64,000 nucleotides of DNA, from the NCBI GenBank assembly GCA_963740355.1, contig CAVUDW010000002.1:1888001-1952000 (forward strand), read 5' to 3'. Of this stretch, positions 10,383-20,857 are shown piece after piece. A model generated the notes under the pieces. That model worked only from the letters and a program-made list of their open reading frames with translations. It made no database searches and was not told where the DNA came from. Position 1 is the first letter of the stretch. The number at the start of each line of letters is the position of its first letter. The stretch comes from an uncultured Gemmatimonadaceae bacterium (lineage in GTDB: Bacteria > Gemmatimonadota > Gemmatimonadetes > Gemmatimonadales > Gemmatimonadaceae). Both the position numbers and the translations under genes were made by a program.

Positions 10383-11714
10383 CTACGCCTCAGCCACCGC
10401 CGGTCGCTCCCAGAGTCGCGTCAGGGCGCCTTCGTGCGTCGCAGTCCAGAGCCAGGCGGCGTCGCCGGCGGCGATGTAGAGATCCGTCGGAAGGAGGGGC
10501 TCCTTGAACTCCTCACGCGTCTCCGGCGGAATGGCTTCGCCCGCCGCCAGCGCGGCTGCCGCTTCGTCGAGCAGAGGGGAGAGGTGGTGCGCGACATGGC
10601 CGATCTGGACCAGTTGGCGACCGTGAATCAGGCCGCCGCCCCCTAGCTGCAGCGCGCCTGCCCAGCGCACGCGACTCTTGCGAGCGAAGAGTGCGCCGAT
10701 GGTTCGTGCGACCGATGCGTGCCGCGCCTCGGGGAAGCCGCAGTTCAATACCATCGCCAGGGTCAACGGCGGTGGGGACGGATCGGCGGCCCGATCGGCA
10801 AGGATGGCCTCGAGCACACGCGTCACCAGCGAGGGTAGTGCATCGATGTAGATCGGTGACGCAATCACGAGCAGGTCGCACTCTCGGAGTGCCGCAACGA
10901 ATGCCTGCAGTGACTCGGCCGAATGGGTCTCGCGCTGCACATGTCGCACTTCCCCTTCGATGCCGCGCATCGCGAGCTGCTCCATCAGTTGTTGCCCAAG
11001 GCTTTCCGATGTGCTCGAGCCGCGTGGCTTTGCGCTACCGACCAGCAGCATCGCACGCTTCGGCGGCGCACCATCGGCGGCGAGTGGCATCACCGGCAGG
11101 AGCTGGTCGACGTTGGCCACCAGCTTAGGTTCGCTCGGCACCTTCGGCAGCGTCAGTGTCGAAACCAGCGCATCACACGCGCCGAACGCCTCACCCACGG
11201 GATGGCGGCGATTGACGATACCGACCGCATGTTTGGGCGAGGCGAAGTTGATCGCGTTGCGCATGGCCAGCACCCGCACCGTCTGCTCGCTGTCGGCGTC
11301 AGCCGCGTCCTGAACGGCGATCACGCCGAGCGACGGGGGATAGGCGTAGCGCGGCACATGGTGCACCTCACCGTCGATCTTGCGGAAGAATGGGAGCAGC
11401 GTGCCCAACGTGCGATCGAGCATCTTCTTCGTCTCCGACGAATAGCTGCCGAATTGCACGGGTGTGACCAGCACGACCACGTCGCTGACGGTGAAGTCGC
11501 GCGAGAGGTCGCGGCCGCCGTCGTCGATCTTGCAGGTGCCGGGCGTATGCGTCCAGCACTCGAAGCAGCCCTGACAGTAGGCAACCGGCACGTCGCGCAG
11601 GATCACCGACTCCACCGCGTATTTGCGCGCGACGAAGTCGGCGGTGAGCCGGGTGGTGATCTCATCGAGCAGCGGATCGGGCCCGAGGGCGCCGTTCAGG
11701 ATCAGTGCGCGCAT
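10383..11714 (-). CDS. Tandem flavodoxin-like (iron-sulfur flavoprotein/NADPH-FMN reductase-type) fusion protein
   Basis: Domain 1: ALILNG...CQGCFECWTHTPGTCKIDD...TPVQFG. Domain 2: LLVGSAK..STSESL...ASPIYIDALP...NCGFPE. Confidence 0.85.
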   Translation of the reverse strand: MRALILNGALGPDPLLDEITTRLTADFVARKYAVESVILRDVPVAYCQGCFECWTHTPGTCKIDDGGRDLSRDFTVSDVVVLVTPVQFGSYSSETKKMLDRTLGTLLPFFRKIDGEVHHVPRYAYPPSLGVIAVQDAADADSEQTVRVLAMRNAINFASPKHAVGIVNRRHPVGEAFGACDALVSTLTLPKVPSEPKLVANVDQLLPVMPLAADGAPPKRAMLLVGSAKPRGSSTSESLGQQLMEQLAMRGIEGEVRHVQRETHSAESLQAFVAALRECDLLVIASPIYIDALPSLVTRVLEAILADRAADPSPPPLTLAMVLNCGFPEARHASVARTIGALFARKSRVRWAGALQLGGGGLIHGRQLVQIGHVAHHLSPLLDEAAAALAAGEAIPPETREEFKEPLLPTDLYIAAGDAAWLWTATHEGALTRLWERPAVAEA

Positions 11715-12245
11715 ACACGACCTATGGGTCAGGAAGGCTGGATTCGCCCGGAGGCGGGCGGGATGCGACAAGGTTGCGATTTTGCCCCGTCTTTCTCATC
11801 GGCCGTCGCCTGACGGCGTGTGGGGGTGTGCCTGACAGGCGGCGGTTCTGCGCGCGAGGTCTCGCGCGCGCCGCATCGATTGGCGGTGTGCGTCCTCGAC
11901 GATTGCGCACGAATCTCGTGGTGCGCATACACGTATCACGTACTCGACTGACGTTGTTTACCTGAGTACGTCGCACGAGCTCCGCTCGAGCGCGGCAGCA
12001 CATGCATCAGCTTGTGAATGAATATTTGCACACATCTTGCGTAAATCACTTTTGCGTGCAGGTGTGTTGTGCGCGCAGGTGTGAAGTGCGCATTCTGTCT
12101 CGCTCGTCCTGACGCCACTGCGCGACAGCGGGCAGCCGCGAAACTCACCCTGCGACGAAGCGGGCGACGGAGCAACACTCCCGCGCCGCTCGCTCACTCG
12201 GGCATGGGAGTGCAGGGATCGCCACGTCGATTCCAGGGGGGACCG

Positions 12246-14957
12246 ATGCACGAACAGGGCAAGCGCAAGACAGGAAACGGTGGTGGGGCCACTCGTGCGT
12301 CGTCGCCCCCGCGGATCAGCAGCGCCATGCTTGGGCAGAACACGCCGGAGATGGTGGCGGCCATCGAGGCGATGCCAGCGACTGACGGCGCCATCGATTC
12401 AATGTCCGAGATGCTGCGTCAATCAGGCGGTGCCGACACGATGCCCGGGATGTCATTCACCGGCGACGCGGCCACCGAGATGCTGCATGGCATGGACATG
12501 GACGGCGGCGCTGGTGGTGGCGACGACGTGATGCGGGGCGGACCGCCACGCGATGACGCCGCGGCAACCGACACAGGTGGTGAGCAGATACCGGTGCTGC
12601 TCGAATTGCGTGTCGACGCGGGCAATGCGGCGCGGAGTGCGTTCCAGATCACCGGCGCCTTTGCCAACTCGGGCTTCGCGCTCGATGATGGGTTCGAGGC
12701 AATTCCGATGGAGGCGCCGCGTGCAGAAGGAGAGAGTCTGCGTGCGGGAGCGGCAGCCGAAGCCACGCTCATCGTGCGTGGGACGATCGCCGCTGACCAG
12801 ATCGCAGCGCTCGAAGCACGGCCGGATGTGGTCAAGGTCTGGCGCGACACACGTATCGAGCCGTTCGGTGCGTCGATCGCCGAGGTCGAGACACAAACCG
12901 CATTGGTCGCACCGCTGGCCGCATTCGGTGCCTGCCCGATCGGCACCTGCGACTGTTCGCCAGGCACTCCGAAAGGCACGATGGCGGACGTCGCGAACTA
13001 CCTCGGCGTGGACCAGATCTGGAGCGCGGGCTATCGCGGAGAGGGCATCGTGGTCGGTGTCGTCGATGGCGGCATCACCGCGCAAGGCCGTCCGATCAGC
13101 GCGTCGGACACCTCGAAGCCCGACTGGCCGAACAAGCTGGTGCCGAATGTGATCGGCGGGTTCCCGGCGACGAATTGGGGCACGACGGGTGCGGGTTGGG
13201 GATGGCACGGCAACATGACGTCCACCGACGTGCTTGGGATGGCTCCCAATGCACGTGTCTACGACATTCGAATCGGTGATGCGACCATTGCAACGACCAT
13301 CTCCAACGCACTCGCCGGCTTCCAGTGGGCGATCAACCAGCATCGCACCGACGGCACACCGCAGATCCTCACCAACAGCTGGGGTATTTTCCAGGAATCG
13401 TGGGATCCGCTTTATGCGCGCGATCCGAATCATCCCTTCACGCGCAAGGTGGTCGAGGCGCTGAACGAAGGGATCATCGTGATGTTCGCCGCCGGCAACT
13501 GTGGCGGTACCTGTCCCGACGGTCGATGTGGTGCGGATAGCGGTCCCGGTCGCAGCATCTGGGGGGCGAACAGTCACCCGCGTGTGATCACGGTGGGGGC
13601 CGTGAATCGCAACGAACAATTCGTGGGGTACAGCAGCCAGGGCCCCGGTGCACTCGATGCGAACAAGCCGGACTTCTGCTCGATCACACACTTCACCGGT
13701 TTCTTCAACAGTGACAGCGGTACCTCGGCTGCGACTCCGATTGCCGCGGGCGTGGCGGCCCTGCTGAAACAGGCGAGTCCGGGGCTGACACAGGATCAGT
13801 TGAAAGCCACGCTGCGCAACACTGCGAAAGACATCGGACCGGCCGGATGGGATCAGCACTCCGGGGCGGGCATCATTCGACCGCGCATTGCGTTCGACAC
13901 TGTTGCACCCGCACCGGAGCCCTCCGGCCCCGCGGTATCCTGGGGCCCGAATCGACTCGACATCTTCGTGCTCGGCACCAATCGCGCGATGTGGCACAAG
14001 TGGTGGAACGGTGGGTCATGGGGACCGTCGCTCACCGGCTTCGAGTCACTTGGCGGGATCTGCAACACCGCCCCTGAAGTGGTGGCGTGGGGGCCGAATC
14101 GTCTCGACGCATTCGTGCTCGGCACCGATTCCGCGCTCTACCACAAGGCGTGGAATGGCTCGTCGTGGAGCCCGTCGGTGGCTGGATACGAACGCCTCGG
14201 TGGTGTCTGTCAGTCGCGGCCGAGTGTGGCGAGTTGGGGACCGAACCGCCTCGATGCATTCGTGACCGGCACGGATTCCGCGCTGTATCACAAATGGTGG
14301 AACGGCTCCGGATGGGGCCCGTCGGCAACAGGCTTCGAATACATGGGTGGTGTGTGTCTCGGAGAACCGAAGGCGGTCGCGTGGGGACCGAACCGTCTCG
14401 ATGTGTTCGTACTGGGCACCAACCGCGCGTTGTACCACAAGTGGTGGAACGGCTCGGCGTGGGGGCCATCCGTCACGGGGTACGAGTACATGGGCGGCGT
14501 CTGCAGCAGTTCTCCTGAAGTCGTGGCCTGGGGCGCAAACCGCCTCGATGTGTTCGTGCTTGGCACCAACCGCGCGTTGTATCACAAGTGGTGGAACGGC
14601 TCGGCCTGGGGGCCGTCGGTGACCGGGTATGAGTTCATGGGTGGCGTCTGCGCATCACCGCCAACGGTGGTGTCGTGGGGTGCGAACCGGCTCGATGTCT
14701 TCGTGATCGGCACCGATTCGGCGCTCTATCACAAGTGGTGGAATGGCTCGGCGTGGGGCCCGTCCGTCACCGGCTGGGAGAACATGGGCGGCGTCTGCAC
14801 CAGCCCTCCACGCGTCGTGGCGTGGGGGCAGAACCGACTCGACGTCTTCGTCACGGGTACTGATTCGCAAGTCTACCACAAGTGGTGGAACGGATCCGCG
14901 TGGGGACCGTCGCTCACCGGCTGGGAAGCACAGGGAGGAATCGTCACCGGATTCTGA
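12246..14957 (+). CDS. S8 subtilisin-like serine protease with C-terminal 7x49-aa PLL-like lectin beta-propeller
   Basis: Triad VVDGG / WHGNM / SGTSAATP, oxyanion AAGN; seven WGxNRLDxFVxGTxxxxxHKxWNG repeats; no signal peptide. Confidence 0.92.
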   Translation: MHEQGKRKTGNGGGATRASSPPRISSAMLGQNTPEMVAAIEAMPATDGAIDSMSEMLRQSGGADTMPGMSFTGDAATEMLHGMDMDGGAGGGDDVMRGGPPRDDAAATDTGGEQIPVLLELRVDAGNAARSAFQITGAFANSGFALDDGFEAIPMEAPRAEGESLRAGAAAEATLIVRGTIAADQIAALEARPDVVKVWRDTRIEPFGASIAEVETQTALVAPLAAFGACPIGTCDCSPGTPKGTMADVANYLGVDQIWSAGYRGEGIVVGVVDGGITAQGRPISASDTSKPDWPNKLVPNVIGGFPATNWGTTGAGWGWHGNMTSTDVLGMAPNARVYDIRIGDATIATTISNALAGFQWAINQHRTDGTPQILTNSWGIFQESWDPLYARDPNHPFTRKVVEALNEGIIVMFAAGNCGGTCPDGRCGADSGPGRSIWGANSHPRVITVGAVNRNEQFVGYSSQGPGALDANKPDFCSITHFTGFFNSDSGTSAATPIAAGVAALLKQASPGLTQDQLKATLRNTAKDIGPAGWDQHSGAGIIRPRIAFDTVAPAPEPSGPAVSWGPNRLDIFVLGTNRAMWHKWWNGGSWGPSLTGFESLGGICNTAPEVVAWGPNRLDAFVLGTDSALYHKAWNGSSWSPSVAGYERLGGVCQSRPSVASWGPNRLDAFVTGTDSALYHKWWNGSGWGPSATGFEYMGGVCLGEPKAVAWGPNRLDVFVLGTNRALYHKWWNGSAWGPSVTGYEYMGGVCSSSPEVVAWGANRLDVFVLGTNRALYHKWWNGSAWGPSVTGYEFMGGVCASPPTVVSWGANRLDVFVIGTDSALYHKWWNGSAWGPSVTGWENMGGVCTSPPRVVAWGQNRLDVFVTGTDSQVYHKWWNGSAWGPSLTGWEAQGGIVTGF
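13928..14954 (+). repeat. Coding tandem repeat, 147-bp period x7 (propeller blades)
   Basis: CACAAGTGGTGGAACGG-like motif recurring every 147 nt. Confidence 0.9.
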
Positions 14958-14986
14958 TCACGACGCGGTGAACCAGAGGCAAGTCA

Positions 14987-15026
14987 ACGCGGAGCGGCGT
15001 CGGGTGAGTCCGACGCCGCTTCGTGT
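14987..15026. terminator. Hairpin between convergent genes, probable terminator
   Basis: GCGGAGCGGCGTCGG-GTGAGT-CCGACGCCGCTTCGT. Confidence 0.55.
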
Positions 15027-15083
15027 GCGTCCGCCCCACACCCTTTGAACCCCGGCCGTCGCCGCGACGCTGGGCGTGACAGT

Positions 15084-16325
15084 TCAGGCGGAGACGGTGG
15101 CGGGCTGACAGTCGAGCAGATGCCCGTGATGAAAGCCAAGTCGCGGATCGGCATTCTTCGGCATCGGGATGTACTCCTGGATGTCCGGCATCTTCACCCG
15201 CAGGCGAATCGTGTTCGACGGGTAGTCGTAGATCGTGATGTGATTCAGGCCGCGATTGGCGGTGAAGAGCAGCGACTGATCGGCACTCAGCTTGCAGGCG
15301 TGCACCGAGTCCATCATGGTGAATCGACTCACGCGCATCGCGCCAAGCAGGTGCTCGGTCTGTGTGAACAGGCCGCCGCGCGCCAGCGTGTCGTAGAGCT
15401 GCGTCTTCGCCTGGCGCCGATTGGCGAACTGCTCACGAAGGCCAGGCTTCTCGTCGATGATGCGGAAGGTGGCGAAGTCGTCGAGCTGGATGAAGACGAT
15501 CGTCTGGCTCGCGCCATTGCAGAAGATCAACTCCGTGTCGGAGATCGTGAGGTCGCTGTTGATGTGCGCTGGGATGTCGCGGCCGGCGCTCCAGTGGCGC
15601 ACGATCTCTCCAGTCGCGGCATCCACTTCGAACGCGTATTCTCGCAGGTACGAGATCGCCCACTGGTGATAGTCCACGCGGTCCATCGGGTGCACACGAA
15701 ACGAAACGCCGTAGAAGAGGTCCTCGGTGCGATGTGGCACCGTGTGCCAGCAGGTGGCCGGGAGCTTCACGACTCGGATCTCGCCGGATCTGGTGTCCCA
15801 GATCCCCATCTCACGGGCCTCGCCGTGGCGACCCTTGGCAGGGTTGTCCATTGCGCCGAACACGATGTAGCGGCCTGACTTCGTCTGCTGCAGACCGTGT
15901 ACGATGCCCATGCCATGCTGCGCGAGTTTCTCCGGCTTCGAGAGCGACTGCGCGTCGAAGAGGTAGAGATGATCGCCGACGGAAGTGACGAAGCGGCGCT
16001 CGTCGAGCCAGACCGCGTGGGTGCTCCCGCGAAGCGAACTGTCTGGGATCTCGAAGCGGAGCGTCGAGATGCGATCGAGCTCTGCGCCACTGCGTGTATC
16101 GTAGAGCAGCAGGTGCTGGCCAGCGTTGCCCAGAAATCCGATCGAACCGGTTGGGTCTACGGTGGTGGCGTGACCTCCGGCGATGCCGTCGTGGAAGCGG
16201 ATGTTGTAGGCGTAGCTGTTGTCCGCCGGATCGAACAGAAAGATGCAGAGCCCGGCACGACCCTCGAGGCCGTTGATGCCATTGCCATCGAGTGCGATGT
16301 GGAACGCGTAGGGGTACCGCTTCAT
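15084..16325 (-). CDS. Uncharacterised cytoplasmic beta-propeller with recurring His residues
   Basis: Blade-like motifs GHATTVDP, THAVWLD, VHGLQQT, WHTVPH, AHINSDL, VHACKLSAD, FHHGHL; xxDxxSG turns. Confidence 0.75.
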   Translation of the reverse strand: MKRYPYAFHIALDGNGINGLEGRAGLCIFLFDPADNSYAYNIRFHDGIAGGHATTVDPTGSIGFLGNAGQHLLLYDTRSGAELDRISTLRFEIPDSSLRGSTHAVWLDERRFVTSVGDHLYLFDAQSLSKPEKLAQHGMGIVHGLQQTKSGRYIVFGAMDNPAKGRHGEAREMGIWDTRSGEIRVVKLPATCWHTVPHRTEDLFYGVSFRVHPMDRVDYHQWAISYLREYAFEVDAATGEIVRHWSAGRDIPAHINSDLTISDTELIFCNGASQTIVFIQLDDFATFRIIDEKPGLREQFANRRQAKTQLYDTLARGGLFTQTEHLLGAMRVSRFTMMDSVHACKLSADQSLLFTANRGLNHITIYDYPSNTIRLRVKMPDIQEYIPMPKNADPRLGFHHGHLLDCQPATVSA

Positions 16326-16453
16326 GTCGCAGATTCCGGTGATGGTTCATCAGTGTCGCGCACAACGATTCGCGCCCGCCTTGCCAGAGCCGCCCCACCC
16401 AATGCACACTTCGCGTTCTGTCGTGTCACAGGAGTGGCCACTCACGAGCTGCC

Positions 16454-16798
16454 ATGCAGAACGACTTCTCTGATCTCGAACAGCGTGCGCTCGAACTTCC
16501 CGTCGGCACGGCCACACCGCTGACACGCGACGAGGTGGATCGTCTGCTGCGTGATCCCGCCTACCGCTCGAGCCTCGGCACACCCGCACACGCCACCCAC
16601 TTTCGCCGGCCCCTCGCCGATGGTCGCGGCATGCACCTGGTGATCGATGCCGAGGGGAACGCGGGTCTGCACTGGGATCGCTTCGACCCACAAGCGAGTC
16701 CGACTGGACTCATGATGCACCTGCTGACCGATGCGCCGGAGCAGGCGCTGTCGCTGTTGGCCGCTGGATCAGCGGTGCTGCGCCGGCTCGGTGGCTGA
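16454..16798 (+). CDS. Small hypothetical protein (114 aa)
   Basis: Good coding bias; conserved-looking GMHLVI..LHWDRFDP...HLLTDAP core; 30-nt 3' overlap with the convergent gene. Confidence 0.7.
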   Translation: MQNDFSDLEQRALELPVGTATPLTRDEVDRLLRDPAYRSSLGTPAHATHFRRPLADGRGMHLVIDAEGNAGLHWDRFDPQASPTGLMMHLLTDAPEQALSLLAAGSAVLRRLGG

Positions 16799-17356
16799 CG
16801 CGCGCCGCGATCCTGTCGAGCCGTTGGTGACGAAGACTTCGACCGCCGCACCTAGATCCTGCAGGGTCTTCGCCAGCAACGTCGCTGCTGCATCCTCGAG
16901 CCCTCCCTTCAGCCGTCCCTGACCGAGTGGGCCCAGGGCGCCCGGACCGAGCGACGCCGAGATCTCGAACGACATGCGACTGCCACGTCCGCCCATCGCT
17001 GATTCGAGGCGCGTACTGCCGGAACCGGAGAGGCTGCCTGCCAGCAATCGCGACTCGACGGTCCAATGCGACTCGAGTTTGCCTTCGTGCCAGCTGGCGC
17101 GTTCGACCCACGTGAGCGCGTCACCATCCACGAAGCGTCCCATCGCCGAGGGCAAGGCTGCGCTCGCTCGCCACTCGTGCACGGTGCTGACCACACCATC
17201 GGCATCACCGGCATGTTCGAGTCGCGTGACCGACTCGATCCCCTTCATCCACGATGCCACCGATGGCAGGTCGTCTCGCAACGCAGACCAGACGCGCTCG
17301 GGGGGCACTCGCAGCATCACCATTCGCCGAAGGTTGACCTTCTGGTGTTCGTTCAT
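16769..17356 (-). CDS. SRPBCC/START-fold (polyketide cyclase-like) protein
   Basis: LRVPPERVWSALRDDLPSVASWMKGIESV N-terminus and C-terminal capping helix; ATGA overlap with the upstream gene. Confidence 0.75.
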   Translation of the reverse strand: MNEHQKVNLRRMVMLRVPPERVWSALRDDLPSVASWMKGIESVTRLEHAGDADGVVSTVHEWRASAALPSAMGRFVDGDALTWVERASWHEGKLESHWTVESRLLAGSLSGSGSTRLESAMGGRGSRMSFEISASLGPGALGPLGQGRLKGGLEDAAATLLAKTLQDLGAAVEVFVTNGSTGSRRASATEPAQHR

Positions 17357-18411
17357 GCACGCTCCGAGTAGGTGTGGAGTTCAGAGAACGGCGCCGAGGC
17401 AGGCACCTGAAGCCAGGCCCGAACGTCGGGTCGGATGTGATCGGTGCGGAGGAGCCAGCTGATTGCGGTTTGCAGCGCAGCCTGCGTCCCGGTCGATCGG
17501 TACCCGATTGCACGAGCGGCGCTGTCGTCGTACCAGTACCAACGTCCCATCATCCGCACTTCGTCTCGCGTCAGCGCGGGAGGCAGCCCGGACGTGCGCG
17601 AAAACCACTCGGCCCAGGCTGCAGTGAGGAAGGCGCCTGTATGTGTCGCCGTCAGCAAGGGGCCCGTCGTACCGCAGAGCGCGGAGATCTGGGAGTGCAG
17701 GTCGCGCCACGACAGGTTTTCAGCGCCGAGGATGTACGAGCGGCCCGGCGTGCCCTTCTCAGCGACGAGCAGATGGCCGCGTGCGATGTCGGTTGCCGCG
17801 ACCACGTTGCAACCACCGGCAAAGGTCGTGCGGAACGGATCGTTGAGATACTTCACGATGATCGCATTGCTTTCCGAGAGCCCGTAATCCCACGCACCCA
17901 TCGTCAGTGTCGGGCAGACGGCGACGAGCTCGATGCCGAGCGAGGCTGCCGTCGAAAACGCCACCGCCGACTGCCTGAACTTCGAGACGGCGTACGCTGA
18001 TGCGTCCTCCGCCGTGAATGATGCGTCCTCGTTCCGTGGCTCGGCTGACGCTGACGACCCGAAGATCACCGATGACGAGGTCAGCACCACACGCTTCACG
18101 CCAGCTCCAGCGGCGGCGGTGATCATGTTTCGCGTGCCATCGATCGCCACCTGCTCGAGCTCGGAAGCGTTGGCGTTCCCGTACGAGAACCGTGCGGCGC
18201 AGTGAAAGACGCAGTCGACACCTGCCGCCGCTGAACGCAACGAGGCTGGGTCGAGTACATCGCCTTCAGACAACTCGATCGGCAGGCCGCTCAGCGCGCG
18301 TCGTGGCGGGCCGCGGCGGACGAGGGCCCGCACGTCCCATCGTTGCGCGAGCAGTTCGCGAACGAGGTTGGCTCCGACGATGCCGGAGGCCCCCGTGACG
18401 AGCGCCTTCAT
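17353..18411 (-). CDS. NAD-dependent epimerase/dehydratase (extended SDR, dihydroflavonol-reductase/HpnA-like)
   Basis: MKALVTGASGIVG, VFHCAA, LTSS, YAVSK. Confidence 0.9.
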   Translation of the reverse strand: MKALVTGASGIVGANLVRELLAQRWDVRALVRRGPPRRALSGLPIELSEGDVLDPASLRSAAAGVDCVFHCAARFSYGNANASELEQVAIDGTRNMITAAAGAGVKRVVLTSSSVIFGSSASAEPRNEDASFTAEDASAYAVSKFRQSAVAFSTAASLGIELVAVCPTLTMGAWDYGLSESNAIIVKYLNDPFRTTFAGGCNVVAATDIARGHLLVAEKGTPGRSYILGAENLSWRDLHSQISALCGTTGPLLTATHTGAFLTAAWAEWFSRTSGLPPALTRDEVRMMGRWYWYDDSAARAIGYRSTGTQAALQTAISWLLRTDHIRPDVRAWLQVPASAPFSELHTYSERA

Positions 18412-20627
18412 GCCGAAGCCTCGCGCGCTTGTGGCGTGAAAGGCGTGGCCCCGATCGCAGCGAGGTCGCGACCAACGGCCTTGCCCAGCTCGGCGAGAAA
18501 GGTCATGGGTGTGAGGTCGGTCACGGCGCCGATCGGCGAACGCGCTCCGGACACGACACTCGGAGAGCCAAGGTTGCCAGCGAAGTGGGCGAAGCCCAGA
18601 TCATCGATGGCCAGCGGTTGCACTGACCCGGCGGCAGCGCTCTCGTCCGGCGTCGCCCATCCGAAGATCCGCGACACGAGCGCAATCGCGCCGGTGAGCA
18701 GGGCGCGAAGCTCCGAACCTTCCTCGATCGCACCGACGAGGACGGGCGGCTTGCCGATACGAAAGCTGCGCCCATCGTAGGCGGCGCGGAGATTCGCCAT
18801 CGTGCCATCGAAGAAGCGACCGTATGCGTCCGCCACCAGTTCGCCGTGTACGCCAGGCCAGCGTTCGATGCGCGCCGCGGCAAGCATGGTTGGCAGCTTG
18901 AATCGCTGTCGTGCGAAGACCTGTACCTCGACCTGGCCGGCGCCAGTTCGCCGAAAAGCCACGCACCCGTCATCGGAGTCAGCGGATCCATTCACACTTT
19001 GCATCGTGCGCCAATCGATCCGCTGCTCATCGCTCGAGTAGTGCATCACCTCGAGCTTCTCGACATCGATACTGTCGCCACCAAAGACGGCCGTCCAGTT
19101 CGGCTGCGGCAGGTAGAGATTCCGCTCGGCCTGTCGTGTCGGACGTCCTTCGGCATCGCGGGTGATCACACGCCAGGAGCCGCCGAGGTAGTCGTTCATG
19201 TTGCGAATCGACGCCGAGATGTCCACTCGCTCGACGAAGCTGTCGTAGTCGAGCGGGAGTAGGCGTTGCGCGGCGAAGTGGATGTGCCCGGCCACGGTGC
19301 GGAATCGGAAGCCGCGTGAGTCCTGCGGCGCTCCATCCAGCACCCGAGATTGTGCCGCCACGATCCGGCGCGTTTCGTCGAAATCATTTGGCGAGAAGGT
19401 GCGCAGGTCGAGGTTGATCGGCGCCAGCGATTGTCGGACGTCGCCCTTCGTGACGTTGGTGGAGAAGGTCTCGCGTGAACCAGCGAGAAAGCCGAGCAGG
19501 CTCTCGAGGAGGGTCTCGATCCAGTCGCGCACTCGTGCATCGCTGATCTTGTCGAGACGGCCAAGCACGGTTGCCGAGACCTGATCCACGATCACATCGC
19601 GAAAAGGGAAATGCTCGCGATCGGTCACTTGCAGCACGGCGGTCGCAAAGGCGTCCAGTTCAGGCCAGCGGCTACGACTGCGAATCGCGTCGATTCGGGT
19701 GGCCGTCGGATTGGTCCAGTCACGCCATGGCGATGCGTCGCCGTCAAGCACCCATGCCGAGGGCAGACCTACCTGATCGAGCGCACGACCGTTGATGGGT
19801 GAGGAGTGTGGATCACCACTCATCTTCAACGCGCCGATCCAGTCGGCGAGCAGGGCATTGGGCGATGCAATGATCGTGTCGGTCTGGATCGGGTTCGAGA
19901 TTCGGGAGCCCGCGCGTCCGTGACTGCCGACCACCGCATCGATCAGCGCAAAGTCCGGTGGACAGGCGCGCAGCAGTTGCAGCGCGGCGTCTTCCGGCGA
20001 CCAGTGCGTGGCGTCGCATTCGGTGGAGACGAGACCCAGCAGGTTGGCGACGGCGAGCGCGTAACTCCATGCGTCGTCGGTCTTCGCTTTCGCAAAAGAG
20101 ATTCGGATATCCGCTGATGCCCATACGCCGTTGACGCGAAGTGCTCCGGAGTCATCGTAGCGATCGAGCGCCACTGGCTGCGGGTCGTCGTCCACCCACG
20201 CAAAGTCGTATGGCTGCCCTTCCGGTGCCTCGAAGTGATAGCCGATGAGATCGGGGACTGAGAGGCCTTCGCGGTTGCACAACCAGCGGTCCGGCTTGTT
20301 GCGTCCATCGCAGAGCGTGACGTTCGCATAACCGGCAGTTCGCAGCTTGACGACCAGCAACTCGACCAGCTGCGGATCAGTACCCGTGTGCGAGTCGAGG
20401 GCGAACACATCGAGATCAGGCTTGATGACGATCGCGAGGTCACTCTTTCGCCGACGTCGAGACGCCCGTCGCTTGCTGAGCATGCTCCAGAAACCGGCAG
20501 CCTCGAGCGCACGGTCGAGCAACGATTCCGGTGTTGCACCGTGCTCGTGTGCAACCGCGACGGCGACCGGTGCCGTCGTGCTTGCTGGAGTCGCGATGTT
20601 CGAAATCGAAGTGCGCGTGCCTGTCAT
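18408..20627 (-). CDS. DUF362-like domain fused to a C-terminal START-like domain
   Basis: IVIKPD..TDPQLVELLV..KAKT..PPDFALIDAV..TIIAS.NALLADW (DUF362-like). The C-terminal IDWRT...DDGCVAF...VEVQV + long helix segment fits a START fold. Confidence 0.7.
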   Translation of the reverse strand: MTGTRTSISNIATPASTTAPVAVAVAHEHGATPESLLDRALEAAGFWSMLSKRRASRRRRKSDLAIVIKPDLDVFALDSHTGTDPQLVELLVVKLRTAGYANVTLCDGRNKPDRWLCNREGLSVPDLIGYHFEAPEGQPYDFAWVDDDPQPVALDRYDDSGALRVNGVWASADIRISFAKAKTDDAWSYALAVANLLGLVSTECDATHWSPEDAALQLLRACPPDFALIDAVVGSHGRAGSRISNPIQTDTIIASPNALLADWIGALKMSGDPHSSPINGRALDQVGLPSAWVLDGDASPWRDWTNPTATRIDAIRSRSRWPELDAFATAVLQVTDREHFPFRDVIVDQVSATVLGRLDKISDARVRDWIETLLESLLGFLAGSRETFSTNVTKGDVRQSLAPINLDLRTFSPNDFDETRRIVAAQSRVLDGAPQDSRGFRFRTVAGHIHFAAQRLLPLDYDSFVERVDISASIRNMNDYLGGSWRVITRDAEGRPTRQAERNLYLPQPNWTAVFGGDSIDVEKLEVMHYSSDEQRIDWRTMQSVNGSADSDDGCVAFRRTGAGQVEVQVFARQRFKLPTMLAAARIERWPGVHGELVADAYGRFFDGTMANLRAAYDGRSFRIGKPPVLVGAIEEGSELRALLTGAIALVSRIFGWATPDESAAAGSVQPLAIDDLGFAHFAGNLGSPSVVSGARSPIGAVTDLTPMTFLAELGKAVGRDLAAIGATPFTPQAREASA

Positions 20628-20857
20628 CTGCGAGAGGGCGAGACGGTGGCGTACGTCTATCGATGTGAATGCTCGTGCAATTGCACTGCAAGAACGAAGT
20701 TGCAAGGTCGTGTTCGCTGATACTTCACACGACTCTTCAATACAGAAGACGTCTTGACGCAGCGAGTGTGCTCATGCAACCTGTGTCGCAATGACAACGT
20801 AGGTTTGATCGCGCGCGTCCACAACGTGCTTCGCTGCAGAAGCAGGAGTGAACGGGA

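Noticed and set aside
12026..12042. Sigma-54 promoter (TTGCAC-N5-TTGC) upstream of the subtilase
   Set aside because: Lacks the invariant GG at -24.
13928..14954. DGR template/variable repeats
   Set aside because: These are in-frame coding repeats with mostly synonymous differences, not adenine-specific ones, and there is no reverse transcriptase.
17353..18411. hpnA / hopanoid cluster
   Set aside because: Family-level similarity only; no squalene-hopene cyclase or other hpn genes nearby.
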